Of a DNA stretch of 64,000 nucleotides, positions 44,966-59,587 are shown piece after piece. Position numbers and translations under genes: made by a program. How positions within the stretch are numbered: position 1 is the first letter of the stretch; each line of letters starts with the position of its first letter. The notes below the pieces were generated by a model. The model made no database searches, was not told where the DNA came from, and saw only the letters and a program-made list of their open reading frames with translations. Source of the DNA: Schmidtea polychroa (taxonomy: Eukaryota); NCBI GenBank assembly GCA_044892525.1, contig CM097885.1, forward strand, positions 21,454,001 to 21,518,000, read 5' to 3'.

Positions 44966-46774
44966 TTTCGACCAGTCAGAGGGGGTAATGACTTCTACCT
45001 CTGACTGGCGGTGTGTGTATGGTTTTATTGTTTTTTTGTCGCGTCTGGTGCGCGTTATTGTTAAACTGCTATGTCATATTGGTGTGCACACACAGATGCG
45101 AGGAATTGGTACGTTTTATTTTTATTGTAATTAAAAAATTCATTATTGTTTTCAGTAAATAATAAAAAATTTGTTGAAATTTTCTTATCACTTACATCCA
45201 AATAACTTATTCTTTCATAAAATAAAATAAAAAAATATGAATTTTTTTGACCGATTTTCTGGTATTAATTCGACCGTTAAGAGGTTAAAGTAAATAAAAT
45301 CAAATAAATGAGAACTCTTTTTAAATAAACAAATGGTTATTAAATGAAAAAATAAAATAATCAATTCGTAAATCTAAAAGAATTTTTACCTAAGTATAAA
45401 ATAATTACTGGTCTAAGCCCGTTAAAACGGCTCAATCTTAATTCCTTAATGTACAGCAGGGTTGGTTTATTATTTTATACTATACTATATTAATTAATAT
45501 TACATTAACTTAAATCGGGTCGTAATGTAATAACTCTAACATAAAAACTTAAAGGAAGTTGTTTATGCCACTAAATTAGTTGTTCAATCCATTTATCTAT
45601 TTATACTTATGCTATAGCTGAATGTTGAAGATAATTAATCTGATAGTTTATATATGTTGTGTTCGAGTTAATTTCATGTGATACTTCTTGCTTTTGTCTC
45701 ATTTTTATTTACTTTTGGAGTTTATTATTTAATGTTATGTTAATTCTGTTTAAGTGTTTATTAGGTGTTCGGATGGGTTTGAGTATGACTCTACTTGATG
45801 TTATGTATGCTTTCTGTGTGCCATCGCCTCTCAGTTACAATTCAATCACTTGGGCTTAATACTATTTCTAATCCAACAATTAGAATAATCCGAAAAATAG
45901 ACAAATGAATCCATATAGATAAAGGCTGACAAGTCCGTATAATAATGATGTAAGAGATAGAGTGAATTTCAACGAACAAATTAAATGTTTTAATTGGTTG
46001 AAATATGGCAATTAAAAGCTGCTAAGACATCTTCTAAATTATTTTTTAAAATCCGGTTCAAAAGTTAACGTCATAATTCCAAGTATTTATTTAAAAATGA
46101 TTTAGTAATAAAAAGATTTTTTAATTTTACAATTTAAAAATTTCAATTTAATAATTATTTTAAAAGTTATTTTAATCGTCAATTATTTGTCATTTATAAT
46201 AAATCTTAATAAATCATTGAAATATTTAATTCTCAGCTGAAAACCCCTCACAATGGCCATCTCACAATGTACAAAGCCGCGAATTAAGTCGCCAATTGGA
46301 GTGAGATTTAAAATAGAACCCGAAATGAAACGGATAAACAGCGCTGAGTTAATAGCTGCAAACGAGGAGATAAATAATTTATGAGAAGAATTAAGAGTTC
46401 AAAATTCAATATGAGAGACTTATTGAAGGGAAACTAAAGGTGTCATTAAAGGAGTTTAAATGCTTCACTAATGAAGTAGACATTGACGATGATGAATTAA
46501 AGGAGGCCTTAGAGGCAGATGAAAAATTTCTAGTAGAGGCGGTAGACAAATGGAATTGAAAAGCGGATTTGAGGAGACATTAAGGAAATGGCCCTATGAT
46601 GATAATGAAACAATGAGAATAGTAAACAAAATTCAAGTTAAGAGAATGGATTTAGAATACTTGAGAAACCTGATACTGCAAATAGTGAAGAGACATAACA
46701 TGACACTAGTATTCGAGATGGAAATAGAATTGAAAGAAATGATAATTTTTGTGAGTTTTTGAGAAAGAACCAAA

Positions 46775-47640
46775 GGTGGGTTACAGGTAAGCATACATTT
46801 TACCTTGTCGTGCTGTTTCCAGCGTAATTAAGAATACAAACAAGTGTCTTCTCCGCTTGATACCCGTTGAGCGATCAACGTTGGCACTGTATCAAGAAGG
46901 CGAGTGCTCGCAAAAATTGAGCGCACTATTTGCACTATAATTGTTGGGTACTCCTTGGGTTCACGGACTGCCGATAGAAAGGTTTTGTCCAATTTTCCTT
47001 GGTCCATTCACCAAATTGTTATTCCAATACCGAGATCAGATCATCACGCTTGTTACACGTATTCATCATTTTCATCAATTCAGGCACACACGCATCCTTC
47101 TCAGGGTAAATTTTCAGTGAACATTCATAATTATTTATTCGATCACAACTCGTGATTCAAGTTCATGCGGGCTAATTTCTCGTTGTTAAGCGGCATTGGC
47201 CAGTCTAAGTTTCTTCAACCTTTCCTGCATGTCCCATCCCATCCGTTTACGTTTTGGCTTGCTAGTTTGAGCCGCTGTGTAGATTTCGACCACTCGGTTG
47301 GCAAGGGCCGGATTCGCTCAGTCACCTCTCGATCGATGACCTGTTGGTTGAGTTGGGTCTCCAGAGTACGTACTTGGATCTTTAGGGTGCGGATCTCCGT
47401 CTGATCTTGGCTGCCTGGAGTTGTAGCTGTTGTATGAGCACCAATCGTTTTTTTCATTTCAATGAGGCTGAACCAGGTGCTCTAAAGCTTCCAGTATCGC
47501 CCCTTGAACTTGGAGATTCTGGCCTGGAGTCCTTCCACTTGTTGCTGGGCTTGCCCCCAGTCTTTCCGTAAATTCTCAAGGAGTTTGAACACTAGAAAAC
47601 AAAGAAAAAGCTATTAAATTCATTGAATTACATTAAATTA
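46775..47640 (-). mobile_element. Truncated LTR 3' part with a frameshifted coiled-coil gene
   Basis: 46775-46985 aligns with 24105-24300; QDQTEIRTLKIQVRTLE..IRPL; acceptor TTCTAG|TG at 47591. Confidence 0.75.
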
Positions 47641-49131
47641 CATTGATCAATTACCAAAGGGTAGGAGTCGAAGGACTGTTCTTACAAGTGAAATTGTAAA
47701 TGAAATTGAATCAATTGTCTCATTACAGTCTGGATATACTTTGGTCAAAATAAAAAGACAGATTGAAGAATCTTATGGTATGGTGTGAGTCAATATTACC
47801 CCACTGGAAAATTTTCACAAATGGACTCGAATTAAAAACGTGAACACACAATACCCAAGTTCATCCATATATCCACACACTAATAAAGTGACTGTTTGTT
47901 GGGGTTTGGCTCGTTCTGAGAGCAATTTAGATAGCCATGTAGAGGCTAAGTACTGCACAACCCGACCGCGAGAAGCAGCAATTCGGACTGACTTACTCGT
48001 CGGATTTAAATTTACAGAGAGAATCAATATTAGGTAACAGTAGATCGATCTTGATCTACACAATCGCACAAACTTCGGGAAATCCCTCCATCTTGACCCA
48101 TTCTTTTATATAGCGCTGAGAGGCATTAGTTCCAGCGACTGTGCTTTATCTGAGAATGGTTCGAAAAACCGATTTCTTTATTTGAGTGTTGAGCGGCATT
48201 TTTTGGAAACACATTATTATTATTTGTATGTTTTGTGCATAATCAATAAGTCTTTTAGAAATAAACGTCTTGATTAATTCATATCGATTTATTTATATAT
48301 ACATACACGCACATATATTTATATCTTTGGAGTCAGATATAGTCTGTGTTAGGAAGAATCTATCCATAAGATCGGAACCTAATATGTTCATCATGTGAGT
48401 TAGGACAATTTGAGTGTCCTGAGATTTGGGCTCCCTTGAAAATAAATTAATAATTGACTTTTGAAAAATTTGGCAGGTATCTACAATGATTTTATTAATT
48501 TAAGCACGATGATCTAACCTGTGACTTCGATTTCCAGTATCGGTACCACTCTGATGTTTCTTATGTGTTCTGTTAGGAATTTGAGTCTTGAATAGTTTAA
48601 ATGATCGTTACCCATAGCCCACTGGACATTATGGGAACGAGCTCTTAATCTAAACGTTTGTCGAACCTCATTGATAAATAAATTTTCGTATCAGCGTAAG
48701 ATCTTTCTCGGAATTAACCGTAATAATACTCATAAAGAAGTTCGACAAGCGTAAACAATAAAATGAATAGACTCAATTAATTATAAACTCTTTAAAGGTC
48801 AAATTATGCCCACACATCATAGTTAGAATATAGTCTGCAAATCCCCTAAGTCAATCATAAAATAGAGGTTCATATCGTAGAATATAATTTTTCATTTGGG
48901 AGGAATAGTTCATAAATGTCTAATGTTATTAAATTATGAAATACAACCTTATATTACACTTAAATATCAATCTATAAACGTATAATATTCCTAAATTATA
49001 AGATATAACTTTGAATTATACTTAAAAATATAATTTCTAAATGTATAATATCCTCAAATTATAAAATATAACTTAATATTATACTTAAAAATATAATTTA
49101 TAAATATGTAATATTCCTAAATTATAAAATA

Positions 49132-49452
49132 TTCTAATATATAATTACGCTCATCACTGATTCACTGACTGATTCTATAACGCTCGCTGATTGGTTGATC
49201 CTAACAATATCATAAAAAAATTCTCTCTCTCACTAATACTATCATAGAATTTTTACACGAATAACGAGTTTTGAAAAAGCGCTTTCTAAGTTTTTTGGCA
49301 ATTTCTTTTCATTCCATATATATAACAGAAATAATTTTCAAATTGCTTAAGAATACAAGAAATTGAATTTTTAATAAATATTTAGTATGTCAAACTGTTC
49401 ATTTATTTTATGATTTGTCGACGGGCGCCTTAGGCGCCTTGCAATTAACTAG
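49132..49452 (+). mobile_element. Non-autonomous Helitron
   Basis: TC near the start, subterminal hairpin ggcgccttaggcgcc, CTAG end, inserted at A|T in a locally repeated unit. Confidence 0.6.
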
Positions 49453-50431
49453 TAACTTAATATTATACTTAAAAATATGAGTGTAATTGTCACAAATACA
49501 CATGTAGATTTTAAATAATTAAAAATTAAGCGATTCAATTTAGGGTCACGACCCATAATTTAAGAAGCTCTGAGTTAAAGTTTAAAGTAAAATCTTCAGT
49601 GGGACCAAAGACATACAAGAAACTTTCCAATGGTGGTCCGCAAACCCGATTGAATATGCTTACTTTTCGCAGAAATTTACCCATTTGGCACATTACCAAC
49701 TGGTGTCAAGTGGTAAAATCTTCTTGTATCCTCGGTTTCGTCAGTGACGACTCAAAAGGGTAAATATTTTGCTTACCTGCACCCCACCACAATTGAACAG
49801 GCGGCCTCTCACCTTTGCTCAAAAATCTCGTTTGACGAATTCAAAACTAATCACCTTTATTGATTTTGGACTGACGCTTAATCGCATTATGTTTACCGCT
49901 CGGGTTTCCTTGAGGGCTAATAAATTATTTATATTTATTGAATAGGTTTTTCTTGGGATCCCCATTAATTTAATTATATTTGTGTTCGTCTCAACATTTA
50001 CTATCTGTACATGTCCATTTCCTCCTGAACACGTCAATTTTTATTTTTTATAAGTTTTAGCATTTTATCAATTTGTAAATTTAAATTTATTGGGCGATTT
50101 TCAGACTAAAGTGCAGCTAAATTGTCGATTGAATCAAGGGCACCTGGAGTCGAGAAATTACCCCAAATATGAATTTTATAATACAGTTTCTCAAATATAT
50201 TCATTAACATAGTTTGGTGATGTAATGCGACAGTTTTATACTATAAAATCCCCCCGAAAAACCACCCAGGTGCTTCAGAAATTCATTATAATAATAAACT
50301 CATTTGATTGGTGGAAAATCAAACGTAAGCAACAACCAATAAAAATGTAAACCAATAATAAACATTTATTTATTTACAATAATAAAACAAATATAGCCTA
50401 AATAATTCTCTATTTTGTATTTGGAAATCAA

Positions 50432-50995
50432 TTATCGAAATATTCGTAGTAAAACGCCTTGGTTTATTAAATTTTCGCAATCAGAGAGCATCAAAAAATG
50501 AGTGCTCCCCTTAAACAAATGTATTATTCCATCAATGGTTTCCAACTCTCCGTAATCTTCCAAGCATTTCACTTCGACTTTCAAATTTTTAGGTGGTTGA
50601 CTTCTTTCTGACAAATCTAATCCGTAACACGAATTTAGCATTAATGAACCTAAACTTTTATTATAGTTCTTCAACCAATCTTTTTCACTTTCTGTCATAC
50701 ACGCTTGAATTTCTTGTGGAAGAATAGGACCATAAACCCAACGATATTTTTTTATATCCATTAATCTTTGACGGCTATATGCAAGCAATACTCTTCGATC
50801 TCTATCAATACATTGATGTCTAACAAGGCATGTATAATACATTTCTTGATTTTTAAGAAGAGCATCTTGTCTTATTTGATCACCCAATAACTTAATTTCA
50901 TCAGTAACCTCCTTAAACAGTTTATCATCAAAAGGAGGAAGTCCCACTAAATGATTCTTGTATTTTTCTAATAATTTTATCGAAGAATCATTCAT
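50432..50995 (-). CDS. GINS1: GINS complex subunit Psf1, 187 aa, intronless
   Basis: LPPFD, RDRRVLLAY..R, E..W...Y, PPKNLKVEVKCLEDYGE..G, HFL...CE.LI.QGVL. Confidence 0.92.
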   Translation of the reverse strand: MNDSSIKLLEKYKNHLVGLPPFDDKLFKEVTDEIKLLGDQIRQDALLKNQEMYYTCLVRHQCIDRDRRVLLAYSRQRLMDIKKYRWVYGPILPQEIQACMTESEKDWLKNYNKSLGSLMLNSCYGLDLSERSQPPKNLKVEVKCLEDYGELETIDGIIHLFKGSTHFLMLSDCENLINQGVLLRIFR

Positions 50996-51428
50996 TTTAT
51001 AGCTATAATTATTAAAAATTAAATATTAATTGTATAAAAAAATCAAAATTAATAAATTTTTTTATCAAACTAATAAAATTGGCAAATAATAAAGAAAAAT
51101 TTATTGTATCTTTTGATATTTATTAATTTTTACTTTTATATCAAATAGTATATCAAATAATATATTATTATAACAAATTTGTTGTAAAAGTATAATGATT
51201 TAAAAAATAGCATTTTATAGCTATAATTATTAAAAATTAAATTTTAATTTTATAAAAAAAATCTAAAATTAATAAATTTTTCTATCAAACTAATAAAATT
51301 CGCAAATACTAAAGCAAAATTAATTAATCTTTTTATAATTATTAATTTTTACATTTATATCAAATACTATATCAAATATTATATTATTATAACTAATTTG
51401 TTGTAAAAGTATAATGATTTAAAAAATA
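50993..51428. repeat. ~218-bp tandem duplication of the GINS1 5' flank
   Basis: cattttat(a)agctataattattaaaaattaa at 50993 and 51211. Confidence 0.85.
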
Positions 51429-51565
51429 AAATTTTGAAAAGGAACATTTTAATTGGCAAGATATTTCAATAAATTATCATTAAAACTATTAAGGTTTTTG
51501 GTTAATTTAGTCCTGGTCGATGGGGTTTTAGTAGCTCAAAACCTAAGTTTCCCCAAACACCAAAG

Positions 51566-53497
51566 TGTTGGGCTGAAACCGAGAACTGAGAGTTTGTTTT
51601 AATCGATCGAAAATACCTAACACAAAAACCGCAATTTTGAAAAATTTATGATCAAGGTTTAATATAAAATAAATTACATAACAAATTAAGAATCAATAAA
51701 CCCCGTATAATAGAATAAAGAGATAAATAAATTTAACAAAAAAATTTGAACACTTAAAAATTTCGATAGAAAAATAATAAAATGTAAAATAGAATTATTT
51801 GAAAATTATTTAAACTATATAAAAATTAAATCGTCAAAATAATAAAATTAGTTAACATTATGTAAATTGTAAAGTTTATAGAATTAAATGGTTAGAACAG
51901 GGGTGGGGAACCTTTTTATTTCAATAGGCCACATTGAAATTTGTGGCCTCTAAATGGGGCCGCAGTAAAAAAGTATTTTAACATTAATTAATTTCATTTT
52001 AAATCTTTTGTTTGTATACAGTTAGTAATTAAAACAATGTTTTAAATCAGTCTCAAGTTTTGAATAATGCAGCTGTACGAAATATTCTGTAATATGTTTA
52101 TTATTTCTGAATCGAAAAATTGATGCAAATAAGTCATCATTTCACAAATGAGTGCTCAATAATCTTCTTAATTCGTCTACATACGTTTTGTATTTATGGG
52201 TATGAATGATTGACTTTTATATTTCGTTCTTTGTACTCTGCGGGATCTTGTACAGTACGGTATATATACAGTTCAGTAGTTACAAGTATTTTTATTTTTA
52301 AATCATCAAAATTCATGGTTTTTATATAAATTAAGATTTATTTCGATAAGGCTGCTGAGGCCGCACATGAAGCTCCGGGAGGCCGCAGGTTCCTCACCCC
52401 TGGGTTAGAATTATGTAACTTATTAAATTTAAAGAATAAAAGTGTTTAAATTAATAAAAATTAAAATAACTCAAATTATTTAAATTATAAAATTTATAAA
52501 ATTAAATTATTAAAATTAATAAAAAATTAAATAATTAATTAAATCAATTAAATTTAAAAATAAATAAATAACTGCACACACTCATGCATGTATGCAAAAT
52601 TAATTCAAAATTTCTCGCACTCTAATTGGATAGAGTAGAAGAGAATGCATGAATGCACATTGAAAATCAGTATAAATACTGATTACAAATTCATTTGAAA
52701 AAAAACTAGTTTTTCAACACCACAACTTGATTTTTAGACAGTAAAGGTATGCTCTTAGTTTTCGATTTTATGCCATCGTGGATTTGGTAATTTATTTTTT
52801 TGAAATTTTTATGAAATGTTTTAACCTAATAAATTTTACATTCAATTTTGTTTTTAGTTAAATTTTCTTTTGTTGTTCGTTTTGATTGTTTAATTTTCAT
52901 GCAGGTTTTAAGTTTTAAATAATAATTTTTATTAGGTTCAGTTTTTACATTTATTAATTTTGACTAGTAGTTACGGTGGAGCTGGAATCCAGTAGGCCAC
53001 AGCTTAAGGGACACTAGTTGTTCCTCTTGCGATTATGTCGGATGGCTTTTCAGATTCACGCGGCTTGATCAAGCCATAATGTGGGGCTTCTCCACTGGTC
53101 TGTCGCCGTTAGTATTTCTATTGTAATATAGGTTAGAATTAGAAATACAGGCAGATCCCTGCGCAAAATTGTAGAAGAGAACAATTGGAAATACCCGTAA
53201 TTGAGGACCACAAATAATCTAAAAACAGCATACAAAGTGAATAATGACGTAAGACCTTCTATCGGCAGTCTAGAACCCGAAAAGAAAATACAATGGGGAA
53301 TAGTTTTAGTAATAGAGCTCACCTGCTCATTGTTTTTTCACCTTTGTGTACAGTACCAACATGGTCGTCGTAATGGGTACACAAATGGTTTAAAGTGCAA
53401 TAGTCATGGAAGTACTTAGGAAAGAGTCGAGTGAATATCTGTGATTACCCTTAACGTATTTAAAATTCAAAAATGACACACCCCTAAGTAACCAACA
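51566..53497 (+). mobile_element. Short solo LTR of the same clan, without the ORFs
   Basis: TGTTGG..CCAACA termini, 4-bp TSD aaag, conserved RNA motif at 53255-53390. Confidence 0.75.
51898..52402. mobile_element. hAT (Buster/Charlie-type) MITE
   Basis: TIR caggggtggggaacct / aggttcctcacccctg; perfect 8-bp TSD ggttagaa. Confidence 0.9.
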
Positions 53498-56400
53498 AAA
53501 GGATTATTTCACCATCTGACAAACCTTATACACATGGTTGTCTTTTATGACAACCATGTTTGTTATGAAATAAGTGACAGAAATACAATGGATAGGTCAT
53601 CTCCGTTTACAGAAATATTCTGCATTGATCTCTCATAAACGGATTCTTGGCTACAACTAGAAGGATTAACTCTATCATAATCTTCTTATTCTTTTCTCTC
53701 ACTCTAACTCACAATGAGTTGTATATTTTGTATATCCTTAGAGGTTCTCGTTGCCAAAATATAATACTGAAGAATTAATTACGACACGTGCTTACATCAT
53801 TGTATACGGTTTTGGTTAATTTACGCGAAATTATTTTGCTTTCCAATTATTCTTACGAAATTCTCATTATAAAGAAATAAGGACAAAAATATACGATATC
53901 AAAGAGGAAGAAAAATGACTAGAACAATTAAAAAAATTATAAAGTAACCATTACAAAATTTGGGATGCAAAACAAGAATCCCACGTAATGAAACCTAATA
54001 CCACTTACAAGAAATTAATGTAGAAACTCACAGGAATGTTAGTAGACTCAATAGATGCAACCACTGAAGCGATAAGAAATCAGAAGAGGAGATAGAATCT
54101 CACAGTGTGATGATAGACCTAATATCAAATACAAGCTGTGCAGGATTTATGTATAGGCTACACAGGCTATAGCCTAGGGCCCTTGCTTTCATGGGGCCCC
54201 AAAAAGTGTCCGAATGAGAAATTATCATGTCGACTTAAATATACTGCAGCATTATTTTTCCTACTGCCGCATGTCTGAAACGTCCCATACTCTTCATCCC
54301 ATTTTGTTTATTAAATAAAATAATTCAGCTAGTGTTGAGGTCTGTAAATTAAAACTAAAAATTTAAATAAAATTTAGGATAATAATTCAAATAGAAAGTA
54401 AGCGAAGAAAAAAGACAAATAAAAGCGGGATCGCGCACAGAATCAATAGTAAAGGAAAGTGTGATGGAAACAGTATTAGAAAATGCCAAAAGCAATTACG
54501 AAAGGCAAGAATCCGGAAATCCGAGAAAAATCAATAAATGGAAAAATCATCGAAATCGAATGGGAGAAACGGGACAGGTATAGATTAGCTAATGGTCAAC
54601 GAGATGATGATTAGGGATTTATCAGAAAATGGTTAGGTAGGGTCGAAAAACATTCAAATGTATGAAAACAGAAAACGTTAATTAATTAATTAATTGGCTA
54701 ATGGAAAACCCGAGCTAATGGGAAACCCGAGCCAATGGAGAACCCGAGAGATAAAGGAAACCCGAGCTGGGTAAACAAGAAGAAAAGCAAACAGAAGGAA
54801 GATTTGGGCTCATTAGCTTGACACCATGATTAATGGGAAAAGAGCAAGGAGGAGATAGCGCGCGTAGGAAGACCGGAAGGGCCATTAATTATTTGGATTC
54901 GTTGGACCATTATGGGTGACAGCCGAAGCAAATACGTGGGAGCAAATGTCAAATGAAAGATTGGCTCGGCAATAACCATTTGTCATCCTGATTTCGAGGA
55001 GTATATAAGGAAAAGGAAAATCAGAGAAAATCGGCATTTTGCCTCAGCTAGGGTTCGAAGAATCAGACTGTAGAAATAGAATTAAGAGTACGGAAAGGTG
55101 AAAAGGAATCAAACCAAACAGAAACCGAGGAAAACGAGAGTCAAGAGAATCTAAAGGATTAAAAGGTGAATATTATTTGTTTGCAAAGCATCAACGCCGA
55201 GTGGAGAATAGTATAAAACTTTGATCAGTAATTGTAGCGTGATAATAAATTGTGAACCTGTTGTTTCAATATACGTTGGGTAGTTCATTGTTTTGATTTA
55301 AAGAACACAGGAGTCAGAGAGAACCGACTTGAAATAATCCAAAACCCAACACTAGTATTTAATTACTGAAATAGACACGATTGCTTGCCGGTATGTATGA
55401 TTAGCTTGGACCTTGGAGAGCACATAGTACTTTAATAAATAGAGAATTTAATTAAATAATTAATTATACTATGGTTAGACGAGGATGAGCGTCGGTGCAA
55501 ATTAATTAATATTATGACTGATTGTGCTGAATCGGGAAATATGAGTAGTAAGATGAACATGAATTACACGTAACAAACTGACACCGAGGTACAAAGTCTT
55601 AGATGATGTCAACTCGATGTGCAGTGATAGCCTAAATAAAAACGATCTAAAATAAGGGGTTAACCATGGATGATAAGGGTAAATAAGATTGGCTAATGCG
55701 ACTCATAGCGATAGTAAAATGAGACCTCAAGAGTAAAGCGTCCCCGATGCTGGGATTATTTTTATTGCGACCAGAATATAATTAAATAAATTTTCTTTTA
55801 ATTCTTACCATCATTCAGTGATACAAAAAATGGAAAATCTACGAGACGACAGGGAGCAGCCACAAAAACAAACAGAAAACTGCAATTTCGAGTGAATGAA
55901 TTCAAGGAACAGTGCCGGGAACTCGAAGACGCCTGATTCAGTCCCACTGTTATTTATTTATTTTTCTTCCAACAACGTTTTCTTCTATCTTTCTATAGTG
56001 TAAGAGCTTATTTAATGTCACAAAGCTAATGCAATCTCACTTCTGGCTATGACACACACACACACACATTTATTATTGGTAAGTTAATATTTTTATTTTG
56101 AAAAGCTAAATTAGATGAATATCATATTGTAATAGATTTAAGTATTTTCAGGGCAGAGGCATTGAAGAAAAGTACAATATTAAAACAGTATAAATCGGAT
56201 AACGAATCGATAAACGAGCCAATTTGAAATCTAATGAATCTGATTTGTCCTTTTAATAAATTATAATAATTAACAATCAATAATTATTTATAAAAAATTT
56301 AGCTATAAGAAAATAATAACATTTAATGAAATCTATTGAAAAATTTAAATAAAATAAAAATAAACGCTAATACCAGTCATTTATAATTGAATTGACTGTG

Positions 56401-56760
56401 AAAGTGGATTCATTTTTATCAACGATAATCCAACAATATAACTTTATTCAATAATCAAATCGAAAAGCTGCTCCATATAGTCAATTTTTGAATCCCAACA
56501 AAAGTGTGTTCAGCGAAATTAAAAATGAGTAAGGATTAAAGATTCCTCGGCTAATGGATTTAGCAAAATGAGCTTCAATGACAGATTTACTGCAATATCC
56601 CAAGTAGTTAACGAGGAACTTCGAAAACCAAATAATAATTTGAAAAATTACTATAATCATATTAAAATATTCGTACTTAAATGCTTGAAGAAACAAGATA
56701 TTTTAGGTGAACTCTGAAAATTTTTATGTATATTTATGTATATTTTTATGTTATCATAAA

Positions 56761-57280
56761 TCTAATAGATAAAGGTGAAAGTTTGTTTGTTTTCTATAGA
56801 ATTCCCCACCGTTGGACCTCGGGTGCTGAAATGTTGCATGTGGCCCTCATTTGACTAGGGACAGGTCATATGCCCACTCCTAGGGTACCGTTAGTCGGTT
56901 TTTTTGTCTGTCCGGTCAGCAATTTACCATATAAATAATAATTTATTATATGCTTGCTACTTGCAGTTGAAAGTAATATAATTTAGTCAAAAGTTTTCAA
57001 AGCAGAATTCAAACATGGACAATTTGAATTTTATTTGATTAGTGAACCAGTTTGGAATGGGAGAAATATTGCCAGTTATTTTTCTATTTAAATTGGAGTG
57101 CGTTTTCGATTTTACAAATTAAAATTTATTTCGAAATCTTTTTTTATTGTGAATTAAACATGGAATTGAAGCTGTTATAAAATTAATACTGGAACGTAAT
57201 AACATCATTAAACAAAAAATTAATTTAAATGAATTATTATAATAAATGTAAACTAGGGCGAAGCCGGGTACAACAGCTAG
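56761..57280 (+). mobile_element. Non-autonomous Helitron
   Basis: A|TCtaatagataaag start with gttt repeats; ends gggcgaagccgggtacaacagCTAG|T. Confidence 0.65.
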
Positions 57281-57997
57281 TTTAACATAAAAACAATACT
57301 AAAACTTAACCAAAGCTCAATTGACTTATCTTATTAATTATTGTTATAAGTGCTTAGTTGTAAATATTTTGTTATTTATGCTTTGTATTAAGAATAATTG
57401 TAGGACTCGATAGTCTCCGATAAAAAAAATGTGGCGGGACAATCGGGGTGCGTGTGTGTTATCAAAAAGTAAGTTTATTCGTGGGTCTACAAATATCCGA
57501 TAAAAATAACTAATAATTAACAAAGATTAACAGTAACTTTTATTCAACTACAATAAATAACACTTTAGTGAATAGGATTGAATAGTCTGATAAATTTAAT
57601 GAATTTCCGAGCTTTAATTTCTTTTTAGATAGATTAATATTTTCAGATCTTCTTTCTAAAGTTTTGCCAACAATATTTAATAATTTCTTTTAAGTAGCTT
57701 AATTAGGCTTTAATGTTTTTGAATTGTAATATTTATTTGTGATCGATTTTCGTATAGCGATAATTTACTCTCGTAAATTATCGCTCTATAGTTTTTTATC
57801 TTTTCAAAACCCGACACGCGCTGAAAAAAATCACCAAAAGTTACAAAATCTTGTTAAAAACAAAAAAATAAAATATAACAATACATTACAATCTCACTTC
57901 TGGCTGTTACACACACGCGCACATTTACTATAATATTAATAATCTATAAAACTATATCGTCAATTACCGGTTGGTGTAATAGATAAATGATTTAAAG

Positions 57998-58221
57998 CAG
58001 GGGTTCTAAACCTTTTCAAACTTATGAACCCCATAAATATATAATTGATACCGACGGACCCCTGAAATGTTAAAAAATTGATAACAAAACATACATTTTT
58101 TAATTATTTATTCAGCTTCAAACAAAAATAATAAAATATTTTTGTAAATAGTTCCGCGGACCACTTGTAACCCGTTCGAGGACCCCATTGGGGTCCATGG
58201 ACCCCAGGTAAAGAACCACTG
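57998..58221. mobile_element. hAT (Buster/Charlie-type) MITE
   Basis: TIR caggggttct / agaaccactg; perfect 8-bp TSD atttaaag. Confidence 0.88.
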
Positions 58222-58385
58222 ATTTAAAGGGTATATGCATTGAAGGAAAGTAAAGTCCAATATCAAAACAGTATAAATTTCAAAACGAATCGATAAACGA
58301 GCCAATTTGAAATCTAATGAATCTGATTGGTCCTTTTAATAAATTATGTAAATAATTATTTATAAGAAATTAAAAAAACAAAAAT

Positions 58386-59587
58386 TTATTCTTTATTTGT
58401 TTTCTTTTCTCGTTTTGACTTGACAAAATTTTTCTTTTTCTCAGCTCTTTTAAACATCTTTTTCTTTTTCGACAGAATAAATTCCTTCAGTTCAACACCT
58501 TTCAAATTTGTCGGCGCAACAACTCTAGGCCGTTTGGAATTTTTGGCTTCTGGTTTGGGATTTTTCCTTTTGTCTTTCTGAGTTTGAGATTTATTCCATT
58601 TCTGAATGCGAATTTCTCGATTTTCAATCATCAATTTCCCTTGCAATTTCAAGGCGAATTCAACAGCAAATTCCTCGACAAATTCCACAAATCCGATTCC
58701 TTTGATTGAGCCATCGACTTTATTTCTCACCAGTCTTACGTTGACGATTTCACCGCATTTATCAAAGGATTCTCTGACGATTTCCTCATTAACCGAATAT
58801 GGCAAATTCCCAATAAAAATACAATTGTTCGGAACGAAATTCATTTTTTTCCCATTAATGCGATCAATGCGAATATGCTTTCCATCGATTAGTTGGCCGT
58901 TCAGTTTTAAACATTTGTCAATGTCTTCTATTTTTTTTAAAACAACAAATGCGCAGAGCACTTGGTTTTCATTATCGGCAAACTTATTCAAAATTACTGC
59001 CCGCCGTTTTGCATTCCGGTTATTGGACTTATCTTCAGTTACTGCACCTCTTATTCTTATAGTTTCTACTGCACCTTCTCCGGCAGCCTTTTTCGAGTTA
59101 AATAACTGTTGTAAAACTTTTTTGGTGGTTTTAGATGTGATATTACCGATAAATAATGTACGCTTGTTACGCTCGTTATAAACTTTGATTTGTCTGAAAT
59201 AAATAATAAAGATATTAAAGAAAATTATAAATTAATACTCTTTTGAGGCTTTTCTATCGAATGGTTGAATTTGATCCTCTTCTTCATCTTCAATGTCTGA
59301 ATTTTCATCTTCTGTGTCATTTTTACTTTCTTCTAAATCATCACCATCTGACATATCTATATCACATGCTTTAGGAACATTTTCTATAATATCTTCATCG
59401 TTTGAACTAGCATCGGAACAATCCATTTCATCATCAGAAAATTTTAAAAATTCATCCTCCTCTTCTTTTGAAGCATATGAAATAAAATCTTTAGCTTGAT
59501 CTCTAATTTTTCATAATTAAATAAAACTTTCAAATATTTCAATATTTACTTTGTTATTTTTTCAGCTCTGCTTTTAGACTTTGCCAT
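58386..59587 (-). CDS. RBM34: Two-RRM nucleolar protein RBM34/Nop12-like, 369 aa; exons 59587-59550, 59502-59239, 59193-58386
   Basis: 47- and 45-nt GT-AG introns join in frame; acidic N-terminus, RTLFIGN, GKHIRID, IFIGNLPY, KGIGFVEF, Lys-rich tail. Confidence 0.85.

Noticed and set aside
46250..46762. E/K-rich broken frames
   Set aside because: Probably a decayed element, but no recognisable motif.
54400..55950. LTR-like purine-rich stretch with a TATA box and short repeats
   Set aside because: No termini, TSD or second copy found.
56180..56265. Short duplicate of 58265-58345
   Set aside because: Too short to interpret; likely a repeat fragment.
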